Assembly (NCBI GenBank): GCA_030690305.1
Contig: JAUYHB010000006.1
Span: 84,574 to 148,573 of the forward strand
Direction: 5' to 3'
Source: a bacterium
GTDB lineage: Bacteria; Patescibacteriota; Minisyncoccia; Phycocordibacterales; JAGLPS01
Length of the DNA: 64,000 nucleotides
A program made the position numbers and the translations under genes. This document shows positions 28,244 to 37,425 of the stretch, in pieces. The number at the start of each line of letters is the position of its first letter. The stretch's first letter is position 1. The notes under the pieces are model-generated. The model was not told where the DNA came from and searched no databases. It saw only the letters and a program-made list of their open reading frames with translations.

Positions 28244-28783
28244 ATGAAAGAAACAAAAACAGCGGTATTTGGAGGAGGGTGCTTCTGGTGCACCGAGGCC
28301 ATATTTAAAATGCTCAACGGTATTGTTTCCGTCGCGCCGGGATACGCGGGCGGAGAAAAAGAAAATCCGACATACGACGAGGTATGTGGCGGAACAACAG
28401 GACATGCGGAAGTGATTCGGATTGAATATGACTCCGAGAAAATTTCTTTCAGAAATCTTTTAACCGTCTTTTTTGCGACTCACGACCCGACAACACGAAA
28501 TCGGCAAGGTAACGATGTGGGTACACAGTACCGTTCAATCATTCTGTATACCGATGAAAACCAGAAAAAAGAGGCGGAAACGTTTATCAGAGAATTGAAT
28601 GATTCAAGCGAAGACGGAAAACCGATAGTAACCGAGATACGGCCTTTGACTAAATTCTTTGAGGCGGAAAATTACCATAAAGATTATTTTGCGCGAAATA
28701 AGGAAAATCCGTATTGCGAATTGGTAATCAATCCCAAACTTGAAAAAGTACAGAAAGAATTTGCACAATTGTTAAATGGCTAA
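28244..28783 (+). CDS. msrA: Peptide-methionine (S)-S-oxide reductase
   Basis: GGGCFWCTEA, TGHAE, GTQYRS. Confidence 0.95.
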   Translation: MKETKTAVFGGGCFWCTEAIFKMLNGIVSVAPGYAGGEKENPTYDEVCGGTTGHAEVIRIEYDSEKISFRNLLTVFFATHDPTTRNRQGNDVGTQYRSIILYTDENQKKEAETFIRELNDSSEDGKPIVTEIRPLTKFFEAENYHKDYFARNKENPYCELVINPKLEKVQKEFAQLLNG

Positions 28784-28808
28784 AAAATAAAATCGCTTGA
28801 CAGCGGTT

Positions 28809-30458
28809 TTATTTTTTTTTCGCCGCGAGAGCGGCTTCAATAAATTCCGTAAATAGAGGGTGAGGACTTAAAGGGCGCGCCTGGAATTCCGGGTGAAATT
28901 GTGTTCCAAGAAAAAACGGGTGTTTATTTTTTGGCAGTTCGGCAATTTCCATCAAGACGCCATCCGGGGACGCTCCGGAAAATACAAGACCGGCATCGGA
29001 AAACTTTTTTACATACTCAGGATTGACTTCATAGCGGTGTCTGTGCCGTTCGGAAATCTCCCCTCTTCCGTAGGCATCATATGCTATCGTTCCCTTCTTC
29101 AGAATTGCAGGGTACGCGCCAAGACGCATGGTTGCCCCATAGTTTCCATTTGCCATATGTGCTTTTTGTTCGGGCATAATATCTATTACAGGATGCTCCG
29201 TTTTTTCATCAATTTCAGTCGTGTGCGCCTTTTTGAGTCCCAACACATTGCGCGCGTACTCAACGACGGAAAGTTGCATACCGTAACAGAGACCAAGATA
29301 CGGGATTTTATTTTCGCGAGCGTATTGAATGATATTGATTTTCCCCTCAACGCCCGTTGAACCGAAACCTCCGGGAACGATAATGCCGTCAAATTTTGAA
29401 AGAGCCTTTAGGGATGTTTTACTTTTTTCATAGTCTTTTGAACTGATCCATGTAAGCGTCGGTTTGACGGAAAGATTAAATGAAGAAAACTTTATCGCCT
29501 CAATCACCGAAATATATGCGTCGGAAAGCACAAAATCACCCGTGTCAAAATATTTTCCCGCAACGGCAATATTAAGCTCATGTTTTGCAGACTTCATTCG
29601 TTCAACAAAACTGCGCCATTCGCTCATGCCGTTGTCGTTTTTCGGACGTAATCTTAGAATTTTGAGTATTTTTTGACTTATTTTATCGCGTTCAAAATTG
29701 AGCGGCACATCGTAAATACTTTCGATATCGGGAGCGGAAATGACGTTCCCCGCCTGAATATTGCACGCAATACAAATTTTTTCCTTCCGTTTCTCATCAA
29801 GCGGCACCTCACTTCTCGCGATGATTATGTCCGGTTGCACTCCGTACGAATTAAGCATCCGCACGGCATTTTGCGTCGGCCGCGTTTTCATCTCCCCTAT
29901 CTTGCTCGGGATGGGAAGAAACGAGACGAGGATAAACATCACATCAGTCGGATGTTTGAGTTTCAATACACGCGCCGCCTCAATAAACATAATGTTCTGA
30001 TAGTCGCCAACCGTTCCCCCAAGTTCAATCAATGTAATATCGGAATTGTTCATTTCCGCCGCCTTTTGAATACGACGCGTGATTTCTTCGGTAATGTGTG
30101 GAATAGCTTCGACGCACTTTCCTTTGTATCCGAGGTTACGCTCGCGTTCAATCACGTGCTTATAGACCATGCCGCTCGTAATATAATCCTCGGAGCGCAG
30201 CGAGAGTCCCATAAAGCGCTCGTAGTTGCCCATATCCTGGTCGGATTCCATTCCGGAATTCAAAACAAACACCTCACCGTGTTCGGTGGGGTTCATCGTC
30301 CCCGCGTCAACATTTAAATACGGGTCGACTTTAATGGGGTTTACCGCAAACCCTTTTGCCTGAAGAATTTTACCGATAGAAGAAGATGCGATTCCCTTGC
30401 CGACTCCCGACATCACTCCCCCGATTACGAATATATACTTGTGTTTTTTCTGTGCCAC
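28809..30458 (-). CDS. pyrG: CTP synthase
   Basis: GGVMSGVGKG, GTMNPTEHGEVFV, GLCYGMQ, QFHPE. Confidence 0.95.
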   Translation of the reverse strand: MAQKKHKYIFVIGGVMSGVGKGIASSSIGKILQAKGFAVNPIKVDPYLNVDAGTMNPTEHGEVFVLNSGMESDQDMGNYERFMGLSLRSEDYITSGMVYKHVIERERNLGYKGKCVEAIPHITEEITRRIQKAAEMNNSDITLIELGGTVGDYQNIMFIEAARVLKLKHPTDVMFILVSFLPIPSKIGEMKTRPTQNAVRMLNSYGVQPDIIIARSEVPLDEKRKEKICIACNIQAGNVISAPDIESIYDVPLNFERDKISQKILKILRLRPKNDNGMSEWRSFVERMKSAKHELNIAVAGKYFDTGDFVLSDAYISVIEAIKFSSFNLSVKPTLTWISSKDYEKSKTSLKALSKFDGIIVPGGFGSTGVEGKINIIQYARENKIPYLGLCYGMQLSVVEYARNVLGLKKAHTTEIDEKTEHPVIDIMPEQKAHMANGNYGATMRLGAYPAILKKGTIAYDAYGRGEISERHRHRYEVNPEYVKKFSDAGLVFSGASPDGVLMEIAELPKNKHPFFLGTQFHPEFQARPLSPHPLFTEFIEAALAAKKK

Positions 30459-30492
30459 GGCGTAATGTGTGAAAACGGATGTCCCGCGTCCT

Positions 30493-31419
30493 TTATTTGT
30501 TTAAATACCTCATGACCGCCAGATAACTTGATAGCGCACCAATGACAATTCCCGATGTAACAATGACTAAAAACATCTGCCCGAAGTTGCTCAAGTAATA
30601 CTCAAATACGTTAAGCCCAATAAAGAATCCCGCGGTTATGTCTCCGAGCCAAAACGTAATCGGGTAAAAAAGAATAAGGGTAATAATGGCGGCGACAAAT
30701 CCGTATATTATTCCGCCTACCACAAACGGGCCGCGCACGTATGAACCGCTTGCCCCCACAAGCCGCATAACACCTATCTCCTCTCTTGAGATGTAAATAA
30801 CAAGGCGTATCGTGTTGAACGTGATGAGAACGGAAATAATGACAAGCACGATAGTAAGGACAAATCCCAATTTATCGGCAGAATTGATAATCTTTGTCAG
30901 TCTATCGATTGCGGCCTTATTTTGGAAATAATTTATTTTGTCCACAATCGGTGAACCCTCTTTTGAGAGTATGTTGTCTCCCTCAAGGAATTTCGCGACC
31001 CCTTCATACTGGGAAGGTTCCGAGGCGCGAATATTAAGCACCGCCCCTAAAGGATTGTCCGTTAGTTCTTCGAGCGCCTGAATGGTAAATTGGTCGTCTT
31101 TGTGCCGTTCTTTGAAATCCTCAAGCGCCTGCTCGCGGGACACATATGTAACTTCGTTTACTTCCGGAAGCGTTTCGAGACGCGCCTTAATCGACAAAAT
31201 GTCGTCTTCAGCGGCGGAAGTTACGAAATATACGTTGACATCCACCTTATTCCTGATTTCGGTAAGGGTTGAATCGAGAATCGCTCCGAGAAAGATGATG
31301 GAGCCGATAACGGAAAGTGTGACCACCATAATCAAAACCGAGGAAAGCGACACGAAACCGTTTCTCCAAAAACTGAAGAATCCCGATTTAAGTATTCTTT
31401 TTGTTGTAGTTAAAAACAT
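30493..31419 (-). CDS. ftsX: Cell division permease FtsX
   Basis: 4-TM topology, ITFNTIRL..REEIGVMRLVGAS; follows ftsE. Confidence 0.9.
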   Translation of the reverse strand: MFLTTTKRILKSGFFSFWRNGFVSLSSVLIMVVTLSVIGSIIFLGAILDSTLTEIRNKVDVNVYFVTSAAEDDILSIKARLETLPEVNEVTYVSREQALEDFKERHKDDQFTIQALEELTDNPLGAVLNIRASEPSQYEGVAKFLEGDNILSKEGSPIVDKINYFQNKAAIDRLTKIINSADKLGFVLTIVLVIISVLITFNTIRLVIYISREEIGVMRLVGASGSYVRGPFVVGGIIYGFVAAIITLILFYPITFWLGDITAGFFIGLNVFEYYLSNFGQMFLVIVTSGIVIGALSSYLAVMRYLNK

Positions 31420-31422
31420 GGT

Positions 31423-32103
31423 TTAAAGTGTATATCTTCCCGACGGGTCATCGCGGATTATTTTCCCCGCCTCCATAGTAATGACGCGTTTCCCGATGGA
31501 ATCGACGACTCCCTTGTTGTGCGTCGTAAGAATTACGGTTGTGCCCAAGTCGTTTATTTTTTTAAGCAATTGAATAATATCGTACGTATTTATGGGGTCG
31601 AGGTTTCCCGTCGGCTCATCGGCAACAATTACATCAGGCTGATTGACGATAGCACGCGCAATCGCCACTCGTTGTTTTTCCCCGCCGGAAAGTTCGCGCG
31701 GAAAACTCCACACTTTCTTTCCAAGGTCAACAAGTTCCAGAACATGCGGAACGTCGGACTCTATATCTACGTCATCTTTGCCCGACGCCTCCATGGCAAA
31801 CGCGATGTTTTCGTAAACGGTTTTGTCCGGCAAAAGTTTAAAGTCTTGAAAAACAGTTCCGATGCGGCGGCGCAGTTGCGTCATTTCATCACCGCGGAGC
31901 GCGTGAATGTCGGTCGATTCAAAGAAAACTTTTCCGTCACTGGGATGTTCTTCGGCCAAAAGAAGCTTGATGAGAGTAGTTTTACCGGCACCAGAGTGGC
32001 CGACTATCGACAAAAATTCTTTGGGCTCAACAGAGAGCGTCACTCCACTCAGTGCGACGGAATCGTCCGTGTAAACCTTTGAAACTTTATCGAAATAAAT
32101 CAT
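31423..32103 (-). CDS. ftsE: Cell division ATPase FtsE
   Basis: GHSGAGKTT, VFQDFKLL, LSGGEKQR, ADEPTGNLDP. Confidence 0.92.
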   Translation of the reverse strand: MIYFDKVSKVYTDDSVALSGVTLSVEPKEFLSIVGHSGAGKTTLIKLLLAEEHPSDGKVFFESTDIHALRGDEMTQLRRRIGTVFQDFKLLPDKTVYENIAFAMEASGKDDVDIESDVPHVLELVDLGKKVWSFPRELSGGEKQRVAIARAIVNQPDVIVADEPTGNLDPINTYDIIQLLKKINDLGTTVILTTHNKGVVDSIGKRVITMEAGKIIRDDPSGRYTL

Positions 32104-32154
32104 AACTATCCTATAAGTATATAGGTATCGGCTACCCTTTTCAAATGTGGCGAT

Positions 32155-33030
32155 TTAGAGCCCTTTTTCAGCCTCTATGAACTCGTCGAGGTCCCCTTCA
32201 AGCACCCTGTCAATGTCACGTATTTCAACTTCGGTACGGTGGTCTTTAATCATTTTATACGGATGCAGCACATAAGAGCGTATTTGGTTGCCCCATTCAA
32301 TTTCCGTCGTCTTGCTTATGTACATTCCTTCCTGTTCCACCATTCTTTTTTCTTCAAGCGCCTTAAAAATCTTTCCTTTTAAAATTACCAGAGCTTTTTC
32401 ACGGTTTTGAGCCTGACTGCGTTCCGATTCTACGTGAACGGAAAGTTTCGTTGGAATATGCACGACACGAACCGCCGTTTCCCGCTTGTTTACGTTCTGT
32501 CCTCCAGGCCCGCTTGAACGTGTGAACTCAACGGACAATTGGTCTTCGGGAATTTCAATTTCTCCTGTCTTATCGAACTTGGGAATCACTTCAACAAGAG
32601 CAAATGACGTGTGACGTAGTTTTTTTGCGTTAAAAGGAGAAATGCGTACAAGGCGGTGCACACCGGATTCATTTTTAAGTGTGCCGTACACACCCTTGCC
32701 GTTTATTTCAATCGTAATATTCCGGTATCCTCCGTGGTCATTTTCATTGCTGTGTAAAATTGTGTACGTCCATCCGCTTTTCCCGATAAATTTTTCATAC
32801 ATTGAAAGAAGAATACGCGCAAAATCCTCTGCATCGTCTCCTCCCGCACCGGCAAACAAGGAGAGTATTGCGTCCCCTTTGTCATATTTGCCTATGCCCG
32901 CCTGTTCGTCTTTGAGACGTTGAACTTCTTTGATAATCGCCTGCGCGCGCGTTTTATCGCTCCAAAATTCGGGAGATGTCATTTGCTCTTCAAGTTCTTT
33001 GATTTTCTGCTGGGCTTCTTCGGTAGTCAT
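32155..33030 (-). CDS. prfB: Peptide chain release factor 2 (short form)
   Basis: SPF tripeptide, GGQ, WGNQIRSYVLHPY; upstream of ftsEX. Confidence 0.9.
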   Translation of the reverse strand: MTTEEAQQKIKELEEQMTSPEFWSDKTRAQAIIKEVQRLKDEQAGIGKYDKGDAILSLFAGAGGDDAEDFARILLSMYEKFIGKSGWTYTILHSNENDHGGYRNITIEINGKGVYGTLKNESGVHRLVRISPFNAKKLRHTSFALVEVIPKFDKTGEIEIPEDQLSVEFTRSSGPGGQNVNKRETAVRVVHIPTKLSVHVESERSQAQNREKALVILKGKIFKALEEKRMVEQEGMYISKTTEIEWGNQIRSYVLHPYKMIKDHRTEVEIRDIDRVLEGDLDEFIEAEKGL

Positions 33031-33077
33031 ATGCGATAACTCTAGCAAAAATGCCCTATCCTTGCCATGTAAAAGAA

Positions 33078-33106
33078 AAAGGCAAGAAATCATATTTCTT
33101 GCCTTT
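33078..33106 (-). terminator. Intrinsic terminator
   Basis: AAAGGCAAGAAAT-CAT-ATTTCTTGCCTTT. Confidence 0.65.
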
Positions 33107-33115
33107 GAAGCAAAA

Positions 33116-33373
33116 TTATTTGTCCTTGGAAATCCAGGTACCTGAAATGATGATTTCTTTCCTTTTGTTTTTTAAAACAACTGTTGAACCTTGGATAGAA
33201 AGCGCATAGTGCCCTTCCCATTTATCAATGACGCTCCCGTCGGCCGCGTATGCAATGACTTCGCGGTCTTTGGCAGGAGAGGTAAAGCCGTTTACTTCAC
33301 GCCCTGTTGATTCTTCGGTGCAACCTGCCAGTAATACCATAAAACATGTGAGTAAAATGAGTTTGCCTTTCAT
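33116..33373 (-). CDS. Small lipoprotein
   Basis: Lipobox LLAGC; purine-rich SD upstream. Confidence 0.7.
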   Translation of the reverse strand: MKGKLILLTCFMVLLAGCTEESTGREVNGFTSPAKDREVIAYAADGSVIDKWEGHYALSIQGSTVVLKNKRKEIIISGTWISKDK

Positions 33374-33447
33374 TCCGCCCCCTTTCCCCTCCTTTGTTTG
33401 TACAAGTTCCCGATTAAGACACTACCAGAAAAAGGTGAATAATCAAG

Positions 33448-34131
33448 TTATGCCTCTTGCGTGATATCGCGGTGAAACCACCACCCGCCGATAAAGAGTG
33501 CAAGATAAACGACAACGGATGCTCCAATGACAAATACCAGATTGCCGCTCACGAGAGCATTGCCAAACAAGATACCGATTGTCGTCCCGGGCGTGTGAAG
33601 CGCCATCATGGAAACAAGGAAAAGGGGAAAAGAAATTTTTGTGAGCCCTGCCGCATAGGCAAAAATTTCCGGAAGTCCCGCAAACGCAAGACGGGCTTTG
33701 AAAAATGTCGAAGGTTTCGCACTTCGTGCAAGTATTTTTTCAAAAAAAGGTATCTGGGCTTTCGGTATAAAAAACGTGACGATTGAACGTCCGAAAAAAC
33801 GACTCAGGTAAAATGCGACGGAAAACCCGAGAACATCCCCGATGAACGTAAACAAAAGGCCTTTCCAAAAACCGAAAGCCACGCCGGCAATGGCGTAAAT
33901 GGGACCACCTCCAAGCGGCACGACAATTATCGTCGTCATCTTGAGAACAATAACGGCAAGCGGGGCCCAAATTCCTGCGGTTTTGACGATTTCCCCAAGA
34001 CGGTCAATGCCAATCACAATCGTAATCCAGTAGGCACAGCCGATGGTGATAAAGAAAAAAATTATATTTTTTAAAGCGTCGCGAAGCGACGCTTTCTCTC
34101 CTTCCCCATTTTCGGACACAGGTGTTTCCAT
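33448..34131 (-). CDS. DedA/TVP38 (VTT domain) membrane protein
   Basis: PLGGGPIYAIAGVAFGFWKG..FYLSRFFGR, YAAGLTKI. Confidence 0.8.
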   Translation of the reverse strand: METPVSENGEGEKASLRDALKNIIFFFITIGCAYWITIVIGIDRLGEIVKTAGIWAPLAVIVLKMTTIIVVPLGGGPIYAIAGVAFGFWKGLLFTFIGDVLGFSVAFYLSRFFGRSIVTFFIPKAQIPFFEKILARSAKPSTFFKARLAFAGLPEIFAYAAGLTKISFPLFLVSMMALHTPGTTIGILFGNALVSGNLVFVIGASVVVYLALFIGGWWFHRDITQEA

Positions 34132-34134
34132 TTT

Positions 34135-34210
34135 TGGAGCCGCCTCCGAGAGTTGAACTCGGGACCTACACGTTACGAATGTGTTGCTCTACCAACTGAG
34201 CTAAGGCGGC
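34135..34210 (-). tRNA. tRNA-Thr(CGT)
   Basis: GCCGCCT/AGGCGGC acceptor, TTCGTAA loop, encoded CCA. Confidence 0.93.
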
Positions 34211-34362
34211 GTGTATTCTTCTGCTATCTGCTAAAACCAACTACAGTATTACGTTTCTTTGTTATCAGCCAAAACAGCTAAAGCGGCGTATATCCTTCTG
34301 CTACCTGCTAAACCAAGTACAGTATTACATTTTTTATTATCAGCCAAAACAGCTAAAGCGGT
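34199..34362 (-). repeat. Degenerate tandem repeat (period 75-77 bp) between the two tRNA-Thr genes
   Basis: AGCTAA(G/A)GCGG at 34199, 34276, 34351; CTTCTGCTA..CTGCTAAA..TACAGTATTAC..TTATCAGCCAAAAC twice. Confidence 0.85.
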
Positions 34363-34375
34363 TTATTTTTTGTAC

Positions 34376-34451
34376 TGGAGCCGTTGGTCGGATTTGAACC
34401 GACGACCTACTCCTTACCATGGAGTTGCTCTACCAACTGAGCTACAACGGC
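34376..34451 (-). tRNA. tRNA-Thr(GGT)
   Basis: GCCGTTG/CAACGGC acceptor, ACTCC-ATGGTAA-GGAGT, encoded CCA. Confidence 0.93.
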
Positions 34452-34528
34452 AAATGAGGAGCAAAGAGGGGGCGTTTACGACCGCTCTTTCTCCGAATGC
34501 CACCGTTGCAAGCTTTGCTTACAACGAG
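34452..34528 (-). ncRNA. 77-nt structured tRNA 5' leader (homologous to 39028-39104)
   Basis: CGTTGTAAGC-AAA-GCTTGCAACG hairpin plus TCGGAGAAAGAG..CTCTTTGCTCC hairpin. Confidence 0.6.
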
Positions 34529-34549
34529 CGAAACGTAAGCCTGCATATT

Positions 34550-34558
34550 AGTATATCA
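34550..34558 (-). promoter_or_regulatory. Extended -10 promoter of the tRNA-Thr operon
   Basis: TGATATACT. Confidence 0.5.
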
Positions 34559-34580
34559 GGCAAGTTTTTTCAAACCGTTT

Positions 34581-36488
34581 TTAATCCAAACCCTGTCTAA
34601 TAAGGTTAAGTTTTTCTATCATGGACAATGAAGCATCCCCGTTAACCACCTGTTTTTTTGAATAGAAATTAAGAAGTTCAACACTGCCTTTTATATGAGC
34701 CTTGATTAGTCCTTCAAGAATTTTTATCCTTCGTTTAATTTGTTTCGTCGGCTTGGTTTCATACTTATCTAGAAGTCCATTGAGTTCTTTTATTTCCGCT
34801 TTCAGGACATTGAAGCTTATAAGCAATGTTTTTTTCACAAGAAATCCCTTAATAAGACCATCTGTGTAATACTGCTCGACATCAGAAATAAGTTCGTCTA
34901 TAAGTTCAAGTGCGGTCTTATCTTCTTCAATCGGCAAAGGATCGCTTACTTGGGTTGGATTGTCTTCACTTGAAGAAGTGAGAGTAATGGAATAGCCAAT
35001 TTTTTCTCCCGAAGAAATCGTTCCTCCTTTAACAACGCTATTGTCACTGTTTTCATCAACATAAGAAACAACCATATGATACTCGCCGTCCCCTATCCCC
35101 GATAATTCGACTTTGTAATTTCCGTCTTCGGCGTCGGGAATCAAAATGAACTTTGGCCCCAGCGGGTCACTTGTGCCGTCATAAAATGCCTCGGGGACTT
35201 CAGTGACATCTTTGGTTATGATTTTTTCATCAGGTGCCGTAATTTTTACGTCCACAGGTGAAGCAAACCAAAAAGAAAGTATTTTGTCCGGCTCGTGGTA
35301 AGGCGAAAATTCAATGCCTGTCGGCTCAAAATCAAGACGCTCTAGGATAAGATTTATCGCCTGTGTTGGTAGTTCCTCATGGGCGACATTTTCTATCGTC
35401 CGTTGTCGAAAACAAGCCACACCATCACAGTCAAGTATCACTTGAGCAAATACAGGCTGTGTGAGAATAGCCAGTAATTTTTTAAACGGTGATTCCTCAT
35501 TCCATACAGGCGTCGGGTCGTATGGTTCAATATCGGAAATTTCAAAAAGTGAACTTTCAAGAAGCACCGTGTTGTCCCCCATTGCCGAATCTTGCACAGG
35601 TTTTTGTGGGTCAGGAATTCCATCTGCCCACAGTTTCGTTTCATTAGGTCCACGTAGAACGACAGGAATAAGAGATAGCGTATTGAGTCCCGCGCTTCCG
35701 ATATTGGTGATTTCTCTTACTCCCAAGAAAAGCGGTTCCAGTCCGTTCGGTGGTTCCCCGATATCAAGATTTGCCAAGAAATTGTTTTGTTCATACATTT
35801 CGGTTGGAAAAGTAAATATGCCGGTATTTTTATCCTGTATGTAGATGTATAGGGGAAGAAGTTCTTTTATGGAAGGTACGAAAGTATGAATTACGTCGTA
35901 TTTATCATTTACCGATTGGCTTATCACATTTAGGAACCCAAGGTAACCATTTAAGAGAGTTTTTTGGATTCTTGGCCAGTGGTCAGGTATCTGTGCACCT
36001 TCCCAAATAGTATATGCATCGGAAGAACCATAATTGGGTGTACCAAGCATGAAAAACTGGTCAACATCGTTACGGTAAAAATCACCCTGAATATATGAAC
36101 GGGCAACCAGTCCACCCATGCTGTGGGCAATGATGTCCACCTTTCCTGTCAAAGAATGTTCTAACGCTTTATCTATGGTAGGAATCAGATAATCTGTAAC
36201 CGAATTTGAATTATTTTTTCTCCAGTCATAAAAAGCAATGAATAAAGTCTGGTCCAGAACATACCCTTTTTCTTCCATGGCACGAATGAGATTGTCGTAA
36301 TTTTCTACATATGGGAAAAAGCCCCATTGTGTGTTGACTGTGCCATTTTCAAAAAAGACGTCGGGGTTCCATGAAGTACCAAGACCAGGAACTATGACTA
36401 TCGGTTCTAATTCAACTGATTGTCCCGAAACATGAACGGAAGAAAGTAAGACAAGAAGAAGAATGGACAGGGTTAAATTTTTTTTCAT
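34581..36488 (-). CDS. Secreted LCAT/PGAP1-like lipase/acyltransferase
   Basis: Signal peptide, IVIVPGLG, FYDWR, AHSMGG, LGTPNYGS, GDNTV, HEELP. Confidence 0.8.
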   Translation of the reverse strand: MKKNLTLSILLLVLLSSVHVSGQSVELEPIVIVPGLGTSWNPDVFFENGTVNTQWGFFPYVENYDNLIRAMEEKGYVLDQTLFIAFYDWRKNNSNSVTDYLIPTIDKALEHSLTGKVDIIAHSMGGLVARSYIQGDFYRNDVDQFFMLGTPNYGSSDAYTIWEGAQIPDHWPRIQKTLLNGYLGFLNVISQSVNDKYDVIHTFVPSIKELLPLYIYIQDKNTGIFTFPTEMYEQNNFLANLDIGEPPNGLEPLFLGVREITNIGSAGLNTLSLIPVVLRGPNETKLWADGIPDPQKPVQDSAMGDNTVLLESSLFEISDIEPYDPTPVWNEESPFKKLLAILTQPVFAQVILDCDGVACFRQRTIENVAHEELPTQAINLILERLDFEPTGIEFSPYHEPDKILSFWFASPVDVKITAPDEKIITKDVTEVPEAFYDGTSDPLGPKFILIPDAEDGNYKVELSGIGDGEYHMVVSYVDENSDNSVVKGGTISSGEKIGYSITLTSSSEDNPTQVSDPLPIEEDKTALELIDELISDVEQYYTDGLIKGFLVKKTLLISFNVLKAEIKELNGLLDKYETKPTKQIKRRIKILEGLIKAHIKGSVELLNFYSKKQVVNGDASLSMIEKLNLIRQGLD

Positions 36489-36491
36489 ATC

Positions 36492-36953
36492 TTAGAAATA
36501 TTTTATTAATTGGCCGAATGCCCACGGTACGAGAATATTCATAAATAACCAAATAATACCAAAAAACATGGCGACGGCTAAAGCGAGAGAAATAAATCCC
36601 CGCAAAACTGTGTAGCGGCCGTGTAGTCCCGAAACATAAAAAACCGAAAAAGGCCAAACAAGAAGAAGGGATTCCCCAGCGTACGTGTATCCGTCATCTA
36701 TAGCATTGGTAACATAAGTAAAACCCTCAAATCTTCCTAAATAACGAGAGATAACCTCTCCCAAAAGCAGGATACAAACGTAGTAAAATAAAAAAGAACT
36801 AACGTATGCCCCTAAAATGTGGTACCACCGTGTTGGACGAAAACGCTTGAGGGTGATGACAATAAACGGAAGCAGAATAAAAAACAGAGTAATGGCAAAA
36901 ACTATCCATTGAATAATTTCTGCAAATGCCGATCCTTGCCAAAAAGGTCTCAT
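36492..36953 (-). CDS. Hypothetical 4-TM protein
   Basis: Hydrophobic helices; 3 nt upstream of the lipase. Confidence 0.6.
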   Translation of the reverse strand: MRPFWQGSAFAEIIQWIVFAITLFFILLPFIVITLKRFRPTRWYHILGAYVSSFLFYYVCILLLGEVISRYLGRFEGFTYVTNAIDDGYTYAGESLLLVWPFSVFYVSGLHGRYTVLRGFISLALAVAMFFGIIWLFMNILVPWAFGQLIKYF

Positions 36954-36964
36954 GTCGTTTTTGA

Positions 36965-37423
36965 TTATATAAAATAACTAAGTATTAAAAGAATCATACT
37001 CATTATAAAAAAACGATAGTACGACGTCGGGAAAGGCCCGAACCAGTTTGGATGCCAAGGAATATTTTCTTTATTGAATTTCCCAAGTCCAAAATTCGGG
37101 TTGAGAACAAACCAGAGATAATCTTCAATAATCCAAAAGAGAAAATAGAGGGAGGCGATGCGCAATTCCCACGCAAATGACCACTCACCCGCTAGAAAGA
37201 AAGGAAAATGAAAAAAAGCATACACGGACGCAAACATCCAAGTATGAAAGCCGGTTAGGGGTGACTTACCCCAAAACAGCTTCATTGCCTTAAATTTTTT
37301 ACGCCACGTCGGCAGGTTCTCCGCCCAGCCGTGCCTACCCTCAATATTTATCTCCAACTTTGCGACGCAATACGCGACAATAGGAATGAACGCGAGCGCG
37401 CGAAGGAGAGTTTCGTCAATCAT
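36965..37423 (-). CDS. Conserved membrane hypothetical protein
   Basis: EINIEGRHGWAENLPTW, EDYLWFVLNP. Confidence 0.65.
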   Translation of the reverse strand: MIDETLLRALAFIPIVAYCVAKLEINIEGRHGWAENLPTWRKKFKAMKLFWGKSPLTGFHTWMFASVYAFFHFPFFLAGEWSFAWELRIASLYFLFWIIEDYLWFVLNPNFGLGKFNKENIPWHPNWFGPFPTSYYRFFIMSMILLILSYFI

Positions 37424-37425
37424 GT

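Noticed and set aside
33030-33093. Upstream extension or frameshift of prfB
   Set aside because: The region is a terminator plus -10 box; no CTTTGA site and no RF2-like peptide
34199-34362. Possible CRISPR array or extra tRNAs
   Set aside because: Whole units repeat without unique spacers, there are no cas genes, and there is no T-arm or cloverleaf
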